Assembly: GCF_004010195.1 (NCBI RefSeq) | Contig: NC_057720.1 | Coordinates: 6,104,841-6,168,840 of the forward strand | DNA from: Chiloscyllium plagiosum | Lineage: Eukaryota | DNA length: 64,000 nt | Reading direction: 5' to 3' | Part shown: one piece after another, positions 49,761-62,377 of the stretch | Layout of the letters: every line of letters begins with the position of its first letter | Numbering within the stretch: position 1 is the first letter of the stretch | Position numbers and translations under genes: made by a program | Notes under the pieces: model-generated | Databases searched by the model: none | What the model was told of the DNA's origin: nothing | Seen by the model: only the letters and a program-made list of their open reading frames with translations

Positions 49761-50414
49761 TAATTCTTGAAATTGAAAACAAATTCCAAAAAAAATGACA
49801 CCCAGAACAGAAAAGGTCAGTACTTTTGGGCATTTGTTCAGAGCTACAGAGAATTTGAAAGATGTGAAATTAATTGGGGTGCTGGGATGTAAACCAACTA
49901 TAGGGAGTACTCAAAGAGATGTTTGGGACTATATGAAACTAGTACATCAATGCAAAAGGCAAAAACAAAATCTGCATGAACTAACAAAAACTTTTTATTT
50001 AATAAATGTCTTTATAAGTACAAAGGACGTGCCTTATTCTAACTCTATGTCTGAGAATGAGTCTTCAATGGGTTAAAATCATGCTCAGAGAGTTATAATG
50101 GAGAACATAGGCTCATTAAAATAAGATGAAGGTGAGTCTGAAATGGATAATAGGGAAATAACTGACTTGTTAAATGAATACATTAGATCTATTTCTGCAG
50201 CAGAGGAACAAGCCAAGAAGGCAGTGATGCAAAGCAACACTAATATATGTCAGGTGGAGAAACGTGGTATAAGTTAATATCAATTAAAACTAATGATAAT
50301 GAAGAATATAATTGTAATTGAGGTAGTCAAATTTCCCGGCTCTGATGGTTTCCATCACAGGATAGATATCTTTTCTCAACCTGTCAAGAAACACCTTTGG
50401 AAAACTTGGCTGGT

Positions 50415-51303
50415 CTAATTAGTCAGTTTGCAGATGATACAAAGATTGGTGGAATTGTGGATAGAGAGGATTGTCAGAGGTTACAGCAAGACATAGATCA
50501 GTTGGAGGCATGGCGATGGATTTAAATCAGGACAAATGTGTGGTGATGTATTTTGGAAGGTCAAGTACAGGTGGAAATTATGCAGTAAATGGCAGAATCC
50601 TTCGGAGTATTGAAATGGGTGTGTAGGTCCACAGATCATTGAAGGTGGCAGTGCAGGTAGATAAGGGAATAAAAAAGGCCGATGACATGCTTGCTTTCAT
50701 TGGAAGGGGCATTGAGTATAAGGATTGACAAGTTATGCTGCAGCTTTGTAGAACTTTAGTTCAGCCACACTTGGAATATTACACATACTTCTGGTCACCA
50801 GACTACCAGAAAGATGTGGATGCTTTGTAGAGGGTATAGGAAAGGTTTACCAGGATGTTGTCTGGTATGGGGATTTTAGCTATGAAGAATGGTTGGATAG
50901 ATTGGGTTGGTTTTCACTGAAATGCCAGAATTTATAAGATTGTGAAAGGCATGGATAGACTGGCAAATATGAGGCTTTTTTTTCCCCAGGATGGTGGGGC
51001 CAATTAATCAGGGACACAGGTTCAAGGTGTGAGAGGGGGAAGTTTAAAAGAGATGCACGAGACAAGGTTTTCACACGAAGGGGTGGTGAGTGCCTGGAAC
51101 GTGCTGCTGGAGGAGGTGGTGGAAGCAGACACAATAGCAGCATTCAGGAAACACCTGGATGATTATATGAATAGGAAGGGAATAGAGGGATATGGATCCT
51201 GTAAGGGAAGACAGTGTTAGTGTGGAAGGGCAAAATGTTTCAGCACAAGCGTGAAGGGCCAAAGGGTCTCTTCCGATGTTGTATTGTTCTGCGTTCTTTG
51301 TTC
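50415..51303 (+). mobile_element. CR1 fragment (RT C-half to 3' end)
   Basis: ISQFADDTKIGG through VSAWNVLLEEVV; tail ttctttgttc. Confidence 0.88.
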
Positions 51304-51993
51304 CAGTCCTCAGTGGTAGAGTCTCTACCTCTGAGCCTGGGTTCAAGTCCTTAACTTCTCCAAAGATGTGTAAAAACATCTCTAAACGGTTCATTGAGAA
51401 ACAACAGATACACCTCTGGAGCTGGTGGAGTCCTATTGGCCCAGAGGTAGGGACAATGCCACTGCACAGCAAGAGTCCACAATCTGTCACTGGATATTGA
51501 AAGAAAAGTTCTCAGTACTGGATTTGTGATGGGGTGAGTGCAGCCAGGGGAAGACTTGATACGTCTTTTTTGTACTGTCTGACTCAAAGAAAGGTAGGAA
51601 GGCTAAACAGAAGGTATGGGAAAGGTTTACAGGAATGGGTTCAGGGATGAGGAGTGCAGTTAATGGATAGAATGGACGAACTGAGCCTGCTCCCCACAGG
51701 GAAGATTTGACAGGGGGAACAAATCCATGAAGAGTCTTGGTGGGAGAAACTATTCCCGTAGCTAAAAGGGACGAGAGATGAAGATTTATGATGTTTGGGA
51801 GGTGAAGAGGCAGCAATGTGAGAAATAATGTATTTTTAATGCAACAAGTAATTAGGATCTGAAGTATAGAGTCAGAGAGTCCTACATCATAGAGACAGGC
51901 CCTTTGGCCCAAACTGGTCCATGCTGACCAAAATGTCCACTACACTAACCCTATTCTTGGCCCATATCCTTCTAAACCTTTCCTATCCATGTA

Positions 51994-52764
51994 CAGAGGA
52001 ACCTTGATTATCCAAACGAGATGAGCAGGCACTATTTCGTTCGGTTAATTGATTATTCAGTTAATTGATTGAATGCTTTTCCTCTGGGGCTTGGAGTTTT
52101 CTGTTAAGTCCGCTCCCCATTCAGGAGACTAGGCAGCAGCACACCACCCCGCCAAGATTACTGCTGCTGCTGCCTTTGGGATGAGTCTCCAAATAACGCG
52201 CACACACACACACACACCTTTTTACTGCAACTTTTTGACAGGTTCCATCTCTGCCCTGAATGCTTTTCCTCTGGGGCTTGGAGTTTTCTGTTAAGTCCGC
52301 TCCCCATTCAGGAGACTAGGCAGCAGCACACCACCCAACCAAGATTACTGCTGCTGCTGCCTTTGGGATGAGTCTCCAAATAACGCGCACACACACACCT
52401 TTTTACTGCAACTTTTTGACAGGTTCCATCTCTGCCCTGTAGAGGACAATGTTGGAGAGATTATCTGGGGAAGGGGAGGGGGTTTTAGGGTACACTCCTG
52501 TGTAGAACGTCAGCGAAAGTGTGTGGAGAGAGAGATAGGGTGGGAGGTCAGTCATTTGGAGACAGTGCCTGGGCTTCCATCAATGTCCAGGACTGCTCTT
52601 GACAGCATTTCAGTAGGCCAAGTTCATTTTTAATCATTGTAACAAAAGATGCGATCAGTGTTGGCAACACGTCTTTGATGTAATGTTTCTATCAGGACCT
52701 CGAGATCATCTTGGGATAATCCGATATTCAGATAATTGGTATTCGGATAATCGAGGTTCCTCTG
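51994..52764. mobile_element. Non-autonomous Tc1/mariner (Tigger/pogo-like) DNA transposon, 771 bp
   Basis: 23-bp TIRs CAGAGGAACCTYGATTATCCRAA (2 CpG-type mismatches); TA TSD at 51992-51993 and 52765-52766; no transposase ORF. Confidence 0.9.
52072..52439 (+). repeat. Tandem duplication of about 185 bp inside the MITE
   Basis: 52072-52258 and 52259-52439 are near-identical, differing mainly in (CA)n length. Confidence 0.95.
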
Positions 52765-54039
52765 TATTTGTCCAAATAGCTTTTAAATGTTGTTAATGTG
52801 ACCTTAACGAACCTCAACCACTTCCTTTGGCAGCTTATTCCATATGCGTATCACCCTTTGTGTAAAAAAGTTGCCCCTCAATTTCCTTTTATTCTTTCCC
52901 CTCTAACCTTAAACTGATGCCCTACTGTCCTTGATTCTCCAACCCTGGGAAAAAGACTGAGTGCATTCACCCTATCCATGCCTCTCATGATCTTATACAC
53001 CTCTATAAGATCCCCTCTCAGTCTCCTTCGCTCTAAAGAATAAGTCCTAGCTTCTCCAACCGCTCCTTGTAACTCAGACCATTGAGTCCAGGCAACATCC
53101 TTGTAAATTTCTTCTGCACTCTTAAGAAATTTAATACCATCCTTCCTATAGCAAGGTGACCAAAACTGAACACAATACTCCAGGTGCGGCCTCACCAACA
53201 TCCTGTAACAACTGCAACATAACTTCCCAACTTCTATACTCCATGCCCTGACTGATGAAGGCCAGTGTGCCAAAAGCCTTCTTCATTGCCCTGTCTACCC
53301 AGAACTCCACTTTCAGAGAACCGTGCACTTGAACTCCAAGGCCCCTCTGTTCCACCACACTCCTTAAGGCCCTACCATTCACCATGAAACTCCTACCTTG
53401 AATTGACTTTCTAAAATGCAAGACATCACATTTATCTATATCAAACTCCATTTGCCATTTCCTAGCCCACTTCCCCAGCTGATCAAGGTCCTGCTGCAAT
53501 TTCTGATAACCTTCCTCACTCTCCATGATACCGCCTATTTTACTGTCATCTGCAAACTTACTAATCATGCCTTGTACATTCTCATCCAAATAATTGGTAA
53601 AGATAACAAAAAGCAATGGGCCCAGCACTGACCCCTGAGGCACTCCATAAGTCACAGGCCTCCAGTCCAACATGCATTCTTTCACTATTACTCTTTGCCT
53701 CCTACCACCAAACCAATTGTGCATCCAATTTGCCAGCTCAAGCTGGATTCCATGCGATCTAACCTTCCAGAGCAGCCTATCATGTGGAACCTTATCAAAG
53801 GCCTTACTGAAATCCATATAGACTACATCTACCACCTTCGAGTATGAGGAAGGTAGATTCAATTGTATTTCTCTTCCTGTCTTTATTCCTCAAGAGGATG
53901 TAAACTCATGGTACTACTTTACATAGAACACTGAACAGTACAGCTCAGAAACAGGCCTCTCTGCCCACCATGTCTGTGCAGAGTAAGATGCCATTCTAAA
54001 TGAATCCCATTTTTAAAGACGGTATCTGGACATTTTGGA

Positions 54040-55740
54040 TAAACCAGAGAATTACAGACCAGTGAGTCTCACATCAGTGATAGGAAAAGTATTGGGTGAA
54101 AATTCTGAAGCAGAGAATTAATCTCCACAAGTAGAGGGAAGGCTTGATCAGGGATAGTCGACTTAAATTTGACTGAGGGAGATCATTCCAAATGAAGGTT
54201 TTCGAGGAGGTGACCAGATTTGTTGATGAGGGTGGTGCATTTGATGTAGTTTATATGGATTTCAGCAAAAAGCTTTGGTAAGAACCCAAATGAGGGACTA
54301 ATAAAAAAGATAAAAGCACATGGAATCCAGGGTAACTCAGCAAGTTGGACCCAAAATTAACTTAGTGATAAGAGACAGAGGGTGGTTGTAGAACGCTGTT
54401 TGAGAGACTGCAACCCAATGTCCAGTGGTGTGCCACAGAGTTCAGTGCTGGGAATCTTATTGCTTGTGATATATGTGTGTATAAACATATATGGATGTAT
54501 ATGTTTATATGGGACAATAAAAAAGTTTGTGATAACACAAAGATTGGCTGGGTGTAAATTTGTTCAAAAAGGGGAGGAGGGACAACCCTGATAATTATAG
54601 ACTCGTGAGTTTTACTTTGATTGTGGGTAAAGTGTTGGAAAGGATTATAAGAGATAGGATTTATAATCATCTGGAAAGGAATAATTTGATTAGGGATAGT
54701 CAACATGGTTTTGTGAAGGGTAGGTCATGCCTCACTAACTTTATTGCGATCTTTGTGAAGGTGACCAAGCAGGTGGATGAGGGTAAAGTGGTTGATGTGG
54801 TTTATATGGATTTCAGTAAGGTGTTTGATAAGGTTCCCCAGGATAGGCTATTGCACAAAATACAGCAGAAGGAGACATAGCTTTAAATTGAGGGATGATA
54901 GATATAGGACAGATGTCAGAGGTAGTTTCTTTACTCAGAGAGTAGTAGGGCTGTGGAACACATTGCCTGCAACAGTAGTAGACTCATCAATTTTAAGGGC
55001 ATTTGAACAGTCATTGGATAGACATATGGATGAAAATGGAATAGTGTAGGTTAGATGGGCTTCAGATTACTTTCACAGGCCAGCACAACATTGAGGTCTG
55101 ACCCCCCTGTACTGCGCTGTAACGTTCTATGTTCTCTGTCTTAATAGAGCGGAAGATTACTGGAGGTTACTGGAGGATATGGATGGTTGGTCAGATGATA
55201 TGATCAGTGGCAGATGGATTTTAACCCTGAGAAGTCTGAGATGAGGGACTTTAGAAGAAGGAACAAGTCAAAGGATTACTCATAGAATGGCAGGCCACAA
55301 GGAAGCTCAGAGGAACAGAGGGATCTTGAGATGCTTGTTCACAGATCCCTGAAGGTAGTTGGCCAGGTTAATAAGGTAGATGAGAAGGTATATGGGACAC
55401 TTGCCTTTATCAGTTGAGGTTTAGATCAGAGGGAGGTTATGTTGGAGCTGTAAGAAATGTTGGTCACAGCTGTAGTAATATGTGCAGTCATGGTCACCAC
55501 ACTATAGGAAGGATGTGATTGCAGTGGAAGGGCTGTAGAGAAGATACACCAGGATATTGCCTGGGATGAAGCGATGAAGAGAGGCTGTTAATTTCGGGTT
55601 GTTTTCCTTTGAGCAGGTTATGACAGGAATGGAAAGGGTGGATAGGAAATAGCTGCTCCCCTTAGTTGAAGGGTCAATAACGAAGGGAAAATAAATTTAA
55701 GACAAAGGGCAGGAGATTCAGAGGGATTTTGAGGAAACTC
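54040..55740 (+). mobile_element. Old CR1 RT region with a younger, internally deleted CR1 nested at about 54556-55135
   Basis: Two successive NYRPVS/MDFSK motif sets; the younger one jumps from FDKVP to the 3' end, which is similar to 488-750. Confidence 0.8.
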
Positions 55741-56404
55741 CATGAAAAGGAATCAACTTGCATTGTGGCTACTCATCAAACATCATTTGTTCTGCTTTTA
55801 AAATATGCATCCTATGTTGAAAAGGGAGTGTTAAAGCGCAGAAGATGTACAGGAGGCTATATTTGAAACAATCTAGGAAGAAATGACTGTGCAATGGACA
55901 CATTTGATAAATCACATGCAAATACTTTAACCATTGACAGGAAGAACATTGGCAAGGAGATAATCACATTGAGCTGCCAAGCTCATCGAGACAAACATAC
56001 TCATAAATCTTCCATAAATGTCCCTCAAGTATGCTCTTCTCTACACACGGAATTCATTGCATATTGTTCAGGATACAGGACATGACACTGTCACAAGACC
56101 TTACTCTGACAGACTACAGAGCCCACAGCAAGACATGGGTGATCTCACAGAGAATCAGTGTGGGTAAAATGCAAATGATGCATTGTCAACCTGGTAACCA
56201 AGGAACGATCAATGTCAATTCAGGAATCAGGATATGAAAGTAAGATTTGCCTCATTGATGGAATGTAAACTTGCCTCCTTTTTTTGTTTGAGAGGTTTGT
56301 ATGGCCATGAGCAATCTGTTCAAACAATCGTAAAGCTGAAAAATGTCACAGAACCTCCAGCACCAGATGGCGATGCTGAGGGAGGGCACTGTGCAGGGGA
56401 TATA

Positions 56405-57122
56405 AAATGTGGAGCTAGAAAAGCGCAGCATGTCAGACAACTTTGGAGGAGCAGGAAAGTCAATGTTTCGGGTCAGGAATCTTCATCAGGACTGGGGAGG
56501 GGGAAAGGGGCTCAGGAATAAATAGAGGGAGGGGTTTGGGGAAAATGTAAGTGGGATGGTGATAGGTGGATGCAGGAAGGGGGTTTCTGTGATTGGACAG
56601 TGGGAAGGGTGGAGATGAGGAGGAAGGTGGACAAGTTAGGTCTGGTCAAGATGGCGGGGAGAAAGGCTGGACAGGGGATGAGGTTGGGCCTGGGGAGATT
56701 TTGGAGCTGGTGCACTCTATGTTGAGGCCATTGGGCTGTAAGCTCCCAAGGTGCTGTTCCTCTGGTTTGCATGTGGCCTCATTTTGACAGTGAGGAGGCC
56801 CAGGGTGGACATGTCGCCAAGTGAGTGGGCGGGGGAGGAGAAATGGCTGGCAACCGAAAGGTGTTGTTGATTGGAGTGTACAGAGCACAGATGCTCCACC
56901 ACCAGGTTTCCCCCAGTCTGTACTCGAGCTCTCTGATGTAGAGGAGACCACATTGGGAGCAATGAATGCAGTAGACCAGCTTAGAAGAACATTCCTGATG
57001 AAGGACTTATGCCTGAAACATCGACTCTCCTGGTCCTCGGATGTTGCCTGACTTGCCGTCCTTTTCCAGCGCCACATTTTTCAAATCTTATTCTCCAGCA
57101 TCTGCAGTCCTCGCTTTCTCCA
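56405..57122 (-). mobile_element. Penelope-like element 3' end (GIY-YIG region) with inverted terminal units
   Basis: Minus strand: CSQCGLLYI, VASHFSSPAHS, LGSLQPNGLNIE; hammerhead-like CTGATGA..GAAAC units in opposite orientation at 56461-56490 and 56994-57025. Confidence 0.85.
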
Positions 57123-57529
57123 GGTTAGAAGAACAGCAGGGCAGTTTGTGCAGTTGCACTGTGATGTTCAGAAGCAGGTGGTGATGCTGAGGGACAGTAG
57201 ATGGAGCTGGCGAATGGACCGTCTCTGGGTAAAAGGGTGTCTTTGAGGGAAGGTGGGCCCTGGGAAAGAAGATTGTCAAAAGATCCGTCAACCTAATGTA
57301 AATCACAGGCTTTATTCCATATAAATACTTCCTTGTTTAATCTTTATTTCCCTCATGTTTGTGACCTGATTCCCGTGAGATAAAGAATCACTGCATCATG
57401 ATCTTTGGGCTGTCCATGAGTTCAAATCTCATGTTACAAAAGGAAGGAGCTGAGTCAAGCATTTGCCTTGCAGTGAGTGGCCTGAGAGTGGACACTAGGA
57501 GCTAGACATAAGGAGGTAATGGCCTAGGA

Positions 57530-58089
57530 GTTGGCCACTGTTGGAATATTGCGCGCAATTCTCATCTCCTTCCTATCGGAAAGATGTTGTGAAACTTGAA
57601 ATGGTTCAGAAAAGATTTACAAGGATGTTGCCAGGGTTGGAGGGTTTGATCTATAAGGAGAGGCTGAATAGGCTGGGGCTGTTTTCCCCTGGGGCATCGG
57701 AGGCTGAGGGGTGACCTTATAGAGGTTTACAAAATTATGAGGGGCATGGATAGGATAAATAGGCAAAGTCTTTTCTCTGAGATCAGGGAGTCCAGAACGA
57801 GAGGGCATAGGTTTAGGGTGAGAGGGGAAAGATATAAAAGAGACCTAAGGGGCAACGTTTTCACGCAGAGGGTGGTACGTGTATGGAATGAGCTGCCAGA
57901 GGAAGTGGTGGAGGCTGGTACAATTGTAACATTTAAGAGGCATTTGGATGGGTATATGAATAGGAAGGGTTTGGAAGGATATGGGCTTGGTGCTGGCAGG
58001 TGGGACTAGATTGGGTTGGGATATCTGGTCAGCATTTACCATGAGGGACTGTTTTCATGAGATACATCTCTATGACTCTATGACTCTAT
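57530..58089 (+). mobile_element. CR1 3' fragment
   Basis: RGMDRINRQSLF...ESRTRGHRF...FTQRVVRVWNELP; tail ctctatgactctatgactctat. Confidence 0.92.
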
Positions 58090-58519
58090 AAATCGGCTTC
58101 CAAGTGGACTTGAGAATGGAACCCGATTGTAACTTGAGGACCGTCTGTATGTTTTGAAGAAGGTTCTGAAAACTGCTGAGGTTTACCGGCAATTTCTGAT
58201 TTTGTTTCTGACTTCCAGCATCTGCAGTTTTTTTTTTAAATTGATGAATTTTTGACATGATGTGCATGGTTATGGGATATGGATGAAGGTATTTAAATGT
58301 TGGATCAGACATCATTGTAGTAAATGGGACAGACTTAATGGGCTGAACTGCCTGCCCCTGTTCCCATTAGGAACCAGATCCGATTCATGAATTATGACGC
58401 AATAAAAAGGGATGTACACGATGAGGGAGGTCACTCAACATCCCTCTTGCTTAAGGGCCATTTGTCAAGCCACCTCTATAAAACCAAGTGTCTGACATTT
58501 GAATGCATTCCGTAATACA

Positions 58520-58826
58520 AGAAGGACTTGAGGGGTAAGTTCTTCACACAGAGAGTGGTACGTGTTTGGAATGGGTTTCCAGAGAAAATGGTTGAGGCAG
58601 ATACAATAGCAACACTTAAAAAACATTTGGATAGGTACATGGATAGGAAAGGTTGAGAACGATATGGACCAAATGCGGGCAAATTGGCACTAGCTGAGTG
58701 GGCAGTGAGGACTGCAGGTGCTGGAGATCAGAGTCGAGAGTGTGTCACTGGAAAAGCACAGCAGGTCAGGCAGCATCTGAGGCGCAGGAAAATCGATGTT
58801 TTGGGCAAAAGCTCTTCATCATTCCT
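58520..58826 (+). mobile_element. Short CR1 fragment (58520-58700) followed by a PLE-terminus unit (58704-58826, opposite sense)
   Basis: ttcttcacacagagagtggtacgtgtttggaat; then gtgaggactgcaggtgctggagatcagagt...gcaaaagctcttcatca. Confidence 0.75.
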
Positions 58827-59100
58827 GGGTGGCATGGTGGCTCAGTGGTCAGCACTGCAGCCTCACAGCACCAGGGACCTGGGTACAATTGCACACAGAC
58901 TGTCTGTGTGGAGTTTGCATGTTCTCCTCATGTTTGCGTGGTTTGCTCTGGTTTCCTCCCACAGTCCAAAGATGTGCAGGTCAGGTGAAGTGGCCATGCT
59001 AAATTGCCCATAGTGTTAGGTGCATTAGTTAGAGGGAAATGGCCTGGGTGGGTTACTCTTCAGAGGGTTGGTGTGGACTTGTTGGGCGAAAGGGAATCTA
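58827..59100 (+). mobile_element. HE1-type SINE
   Basis: gggtggcatggtggctcagtggtcagcactgc head and V-domain. Confidence 0.88.
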
Positions 59101-59594
59101 ATTTTATCCCTTTGACCGTTCCATACAAGCTAGCTGCCTGAACAATATACACCAGCACTCTCTCCTTCCTGGCTACGCCTAGATTTTGACCAGTCACAGC
59201 ATGAAGTTAGACTGCACTCTCCAGCAAAATTGCACAGGGAGTTGATGTACCTTTCTTGTTGTGGGTCACCTGATCCATGCAGACAATGCAAAGGCATATT
59301 TTAGTGTGTAGCATACTTTGTCAGTAAATGGATGCTTAACTTCACACGCCTCATTATCTGTGTCCTATAGGATTTGGTGAATTATATAGTGAAGTCATTA
59401 GCCACAATTTAATTCCTGGTGCTTATCTTCCAGAATCCACCCAGTCCTCTCTGAACACACAGGATCAAGACACAGTGAAAGAGTCATGCCTTGAGCTCTC
59501 AGTTTGTGCATCAATAATTACATGGATTACAAGCCAACTATGCATACAGGAATTAAATTACATTCACTACCATCCACTTGGTGCTGTTAGACTG

Positions 59595-59868
59595 ATTTGG
59601 AAATGCCAGCGTTGGACTGGGGTCTACAAAGTTTAAAAATCACACAACACCAGGCTATAGTCCAACTATGCACAAGTGAGGACTGCAGAGGCTGGAAATC
59701 AGAGTCTAGCTTAGAGTAGTGCTGGAAAAGCACAGCAGGTCAGGCAGCATCCGAGGAGCAGGAAAATCGATGTTTCGGGCAAAAGCCCTTCATCTCTATA
59801 GTCCAACTATATCCACTTCCAAATAAACCTGTTGGACTATAACCTTGTGTTGTGTGGATTTTTCACTC
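59595..59868. repeat. Family C palindrome carrying a family A insert (59670-59795) between 15-bp direct repeats
   Basis: CTATAGTCCAACTAT at 59655-59669 and 59796-59810. Confidence 0.82.
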
Positions 59869-60033
59869 TGTTAGACTGAGGTAGTTTATTGGTGCCATGT
59901 ACAAGGGAAACTGGCTTGCTGCATCATTCTGCCATTTCCATTTTTAGTCTCCAAGTTGCACTCACAAACTACAGGGCAGAAGGTAGGTCTGGATCTTCAC
60001 CAGGATGCAGTGAGTGGAGGATAGGTGTATAAT

Positions 60034-60341
60034 GGGTGGCACAGTGATTAGCACTGCTGCCTCACAGCACCAGAGACCCGGGTTCAATTCCCACCTCATG
60101 CGACTCTCTGTGTGGAGTTTGCACATTCTTCCCGTGTCTGCGTGGGTTTCCTCCGGGTGCTCCGGTTTCCTCCCACAATCTAAAAATGTGCAGGTTAGGT
60201 GAATTAGCCATGCTAAATTGCCAATAGTGTTAGGTGAAGGGGTAAATGTAGCGGAATGGGTCTGGGTGGGTTGCGCTTCGGCGGGTCGGTGTGGACTTGT
60301 TGGGCCGAAGGGCCTGTTTCCACACTGTAAGTAATCTAATA
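60034..60341 (+). mobile_element. HE1-type SINE
   Basis: B-box GGTTCAATTCC, V-domain, tail ccacactgtaagtaatctaat. Confidence 0.92.
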
Positions 60342-60463
60342 TAAGAACTCTAACAGAATGATGTGGAGGTGCCGGTGTTGGACTGGGATGGAGGCAAGGT
60401 CAGAATTCACACGACGTCGGGTTATAGTCCAACAGGTTTATGTGAAATCACCAGCTTTCGGAC

Positions 60464-60591
60464 ATGCAGAATGTCCTTAGCTTCCTGAGGAGATAGAGAC
60501 GTTGGTGTCCTTTCTTGACTGTCGCATCAATGTGGATGGGCCAGAGCAGATCGTTGGTGAACATCACTCCCAGGAATTTGACGCTTTCAAC
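60464..60591 (-). mobile_element. Rex1/Babar-like LINE RT C-terminal fragment
   Basis: Minus strand VESVKFLGVMFTNDLLWPIHIDATVKKGHQRLYLLRKLRTF. Confidence 0.7.
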
Positions 60592-60647
60592 CTTCCTGAC
60601 GTCTTACTTCTTCCCTATCCATTATATATTTGTGTCTCTTTATATGT

Positions 60648-60792
60648 GTCGGGAGTGTGGTGCTGGAAAGGCACAGCAGGTCAGGCAGCATCTGAGGAGC
60701 AGGAGAGTCAACGTTTCAGGCATAAGCCCTTCATCAGGAATCTCCACACTTTCCACTCTGATCTCCAGCATCTGCAGTCCTCACTTTCTCCT
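60648..60792. repeat. PLE-terminus inverted pair (family A) with hammerhead-like core
   Basis: Minus strand 60705-60741: ATTC-CTGATGA-A-GGGC-TTAT-GCCT-GAAA-CGTTGACTC. Confidence 0.78.
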
Positions 60793-60874
60793 AGACTCAT
60801 TATATATGCCTGATTGTTCTAATAGGGGAACAATTTTAAAAGGGGTAGAGCTTATATAAATTATTAACAATTAT

Positions 60875-60978
60875 AACAAAAAAAACCAGAAATTGCTGGA
60901 AAAGCTCAGCTGGTCTGGCAGCATCTGTGGAGAGAAATCAGAGTTAACATTTCAGGCCTAGTGACACTTCCTCAGAAA
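60875..60978 (-). repeat. PLE-terminus unit (family B)
   Basis: Minus strand ttctgaggaagtgtcactaggcctgaaatgttaactctg... Confidence 0.7.
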
Positions 60979-61339
60979 TCAGTTAGAAACGATCAACTCT
61001 ATGTTTGTGTCCCACCATCAGTTCAAGCAAGCTGTTTGCAATGGATAATTGTTTTCTTGTTCACAACAGAAATCTGAAGAGTGGTTTATTTTAACTCAGA
61101 GGTTTATCAGTCAGAACAATTGGGTACTCTGGACTTGATTAAATATTTGCATGTTTGTGACTCTGGGAAGAGCAGAGCTCAATTTCAGAAACTCTACCCC
61201 AGAGTGATGAGAGTGCAGAGGTACAGTCGAGGGTTCAAAGGAAACACAGAAACCTCCGATCAACACACCTAGCTAACTCTTTGAGCTCTACTTGCCCCAA
61301 CATGTGGCAGATTCATGTTGACACTCATTCAACTTCTAA

Positions 61340-61583
61340 ATTAGAGTGGTGCTGGAAAAGCACAGCAGTTCAGGCAGCATCCGAGGAACAGGAAAATCGA
61401 CGTTTCGGGCAAAAGCCCTTGGAAGTTTAGAACTAGGGTGAGGTGGGGGAAGGGGAAATGAGGAAACTGTTGAAGTCCACATTGATGCCCTGGGGTTGAA
61501 GTGTTCCAAGGTGGAAGATGAGGCGTTCTTCCTTCAGGCGTCTGGTGGTGAGGGAGCGGCGGTGGAGGAGGCCCAGGACCTCA
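61340..61583 (-). mobile_element. Penelope-like element 3' end (GIY-YIG C-terminus plus terminal unit)
   Basis: EVLGLLHRRSLTTRRLKEERLIFHLGTLQPQGINVDF followed by a family A unit. Confidence 0.85.
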
Positions 61584-61764
61584 AGTTGCCTACCATCTCT
61601 GAACTGAACAAACTTGAGTAGAGCCAAGCCATCCTTGATCCAGGGAGCAAGTTACTGCAGAAGCTGGAATCTGTACTGAAAACAACACATGTTGGAGATC
61701 ACCACTCAGGCAGGATCCATGGAGAGAGAGCAAGCTAACATTTCACTGAATCTTAGAAACACAA

Positions 61765-62062
61765 CAGTGTGGAAACAAGCCATTTGGCCCAACACCGACC
61801 TTCCAAAGAGCATCCTACCCACACTCGTTGCCATACCCTGTTACCCTCCATTTCCCCTGACTAATCCACACATCCCTGAACACGATAGGCAAGCATAGCC
61901 AATTCACCTAACATACGCATGTTTGGACTGTGGGAAGAAGCCAGAACATATAGAAGAAACACAGAGAATGTGCAAACTCCACACAGGCAGTCACCTGAAG
62001 GTGGAATCGAACCTGGATCCCTGGCGCTAAGAGGCAGCAGTGCTAATCACTGAGCCACCATG
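61765..62062 (-). mobile_element. HE1-type SINE, older copy
   Basis: agaatgtgcaaactccacaca...ggaatcgaacctggatccctggcgct...cactgagccacc. Confidence 0.82.
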
Positions 62063-62133
62063 TCACTTGTTTCGAGTCAGAATAACTCTTCAGCAGAGCT
62101 GAAGTTAAGCGTGAAAGGGGAAGCATTTAATCA

Positions 62134-62232
62134 TGTGTGTGTGTGTGCGTGTGTGTGCTCGTGCGTGCGTGCGTGTGTGTGCGTGCATGTGTGTATGTGT
62201 GTGTGTGTGCGTGCGTGTGTGTGTGAGAGAGA
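62134..62232. repeat. (TG)n/(TGCG)n microsatellite
   Basis: Seen directly. Confidence 0.95.
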
Positions 62233-62377
62233 AAAAGAGATGGTGTAGGATGGAGGGGTTGTCTAACTTTTCCACCATTCTCACATTCTGATCCCTTGAT
62301 CTGTACTATCAAAAACCTTTATCTGCCCCCTCTCCCCCCGCAATATTGTATAAATGCTGACCCCTCCACACTTCACA

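Larger units (their letters stand above)
51867..53838 (-). mobile_element. CR1 LINE (RT to 3' end) interrupted by a MITE
   Basis: ORF 53146-53862: VYMDFSKAFDKVPH...GVPQGSVLGP...SKFADDSK; 3' part resumes across the TA site. Confidence 0.93.
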
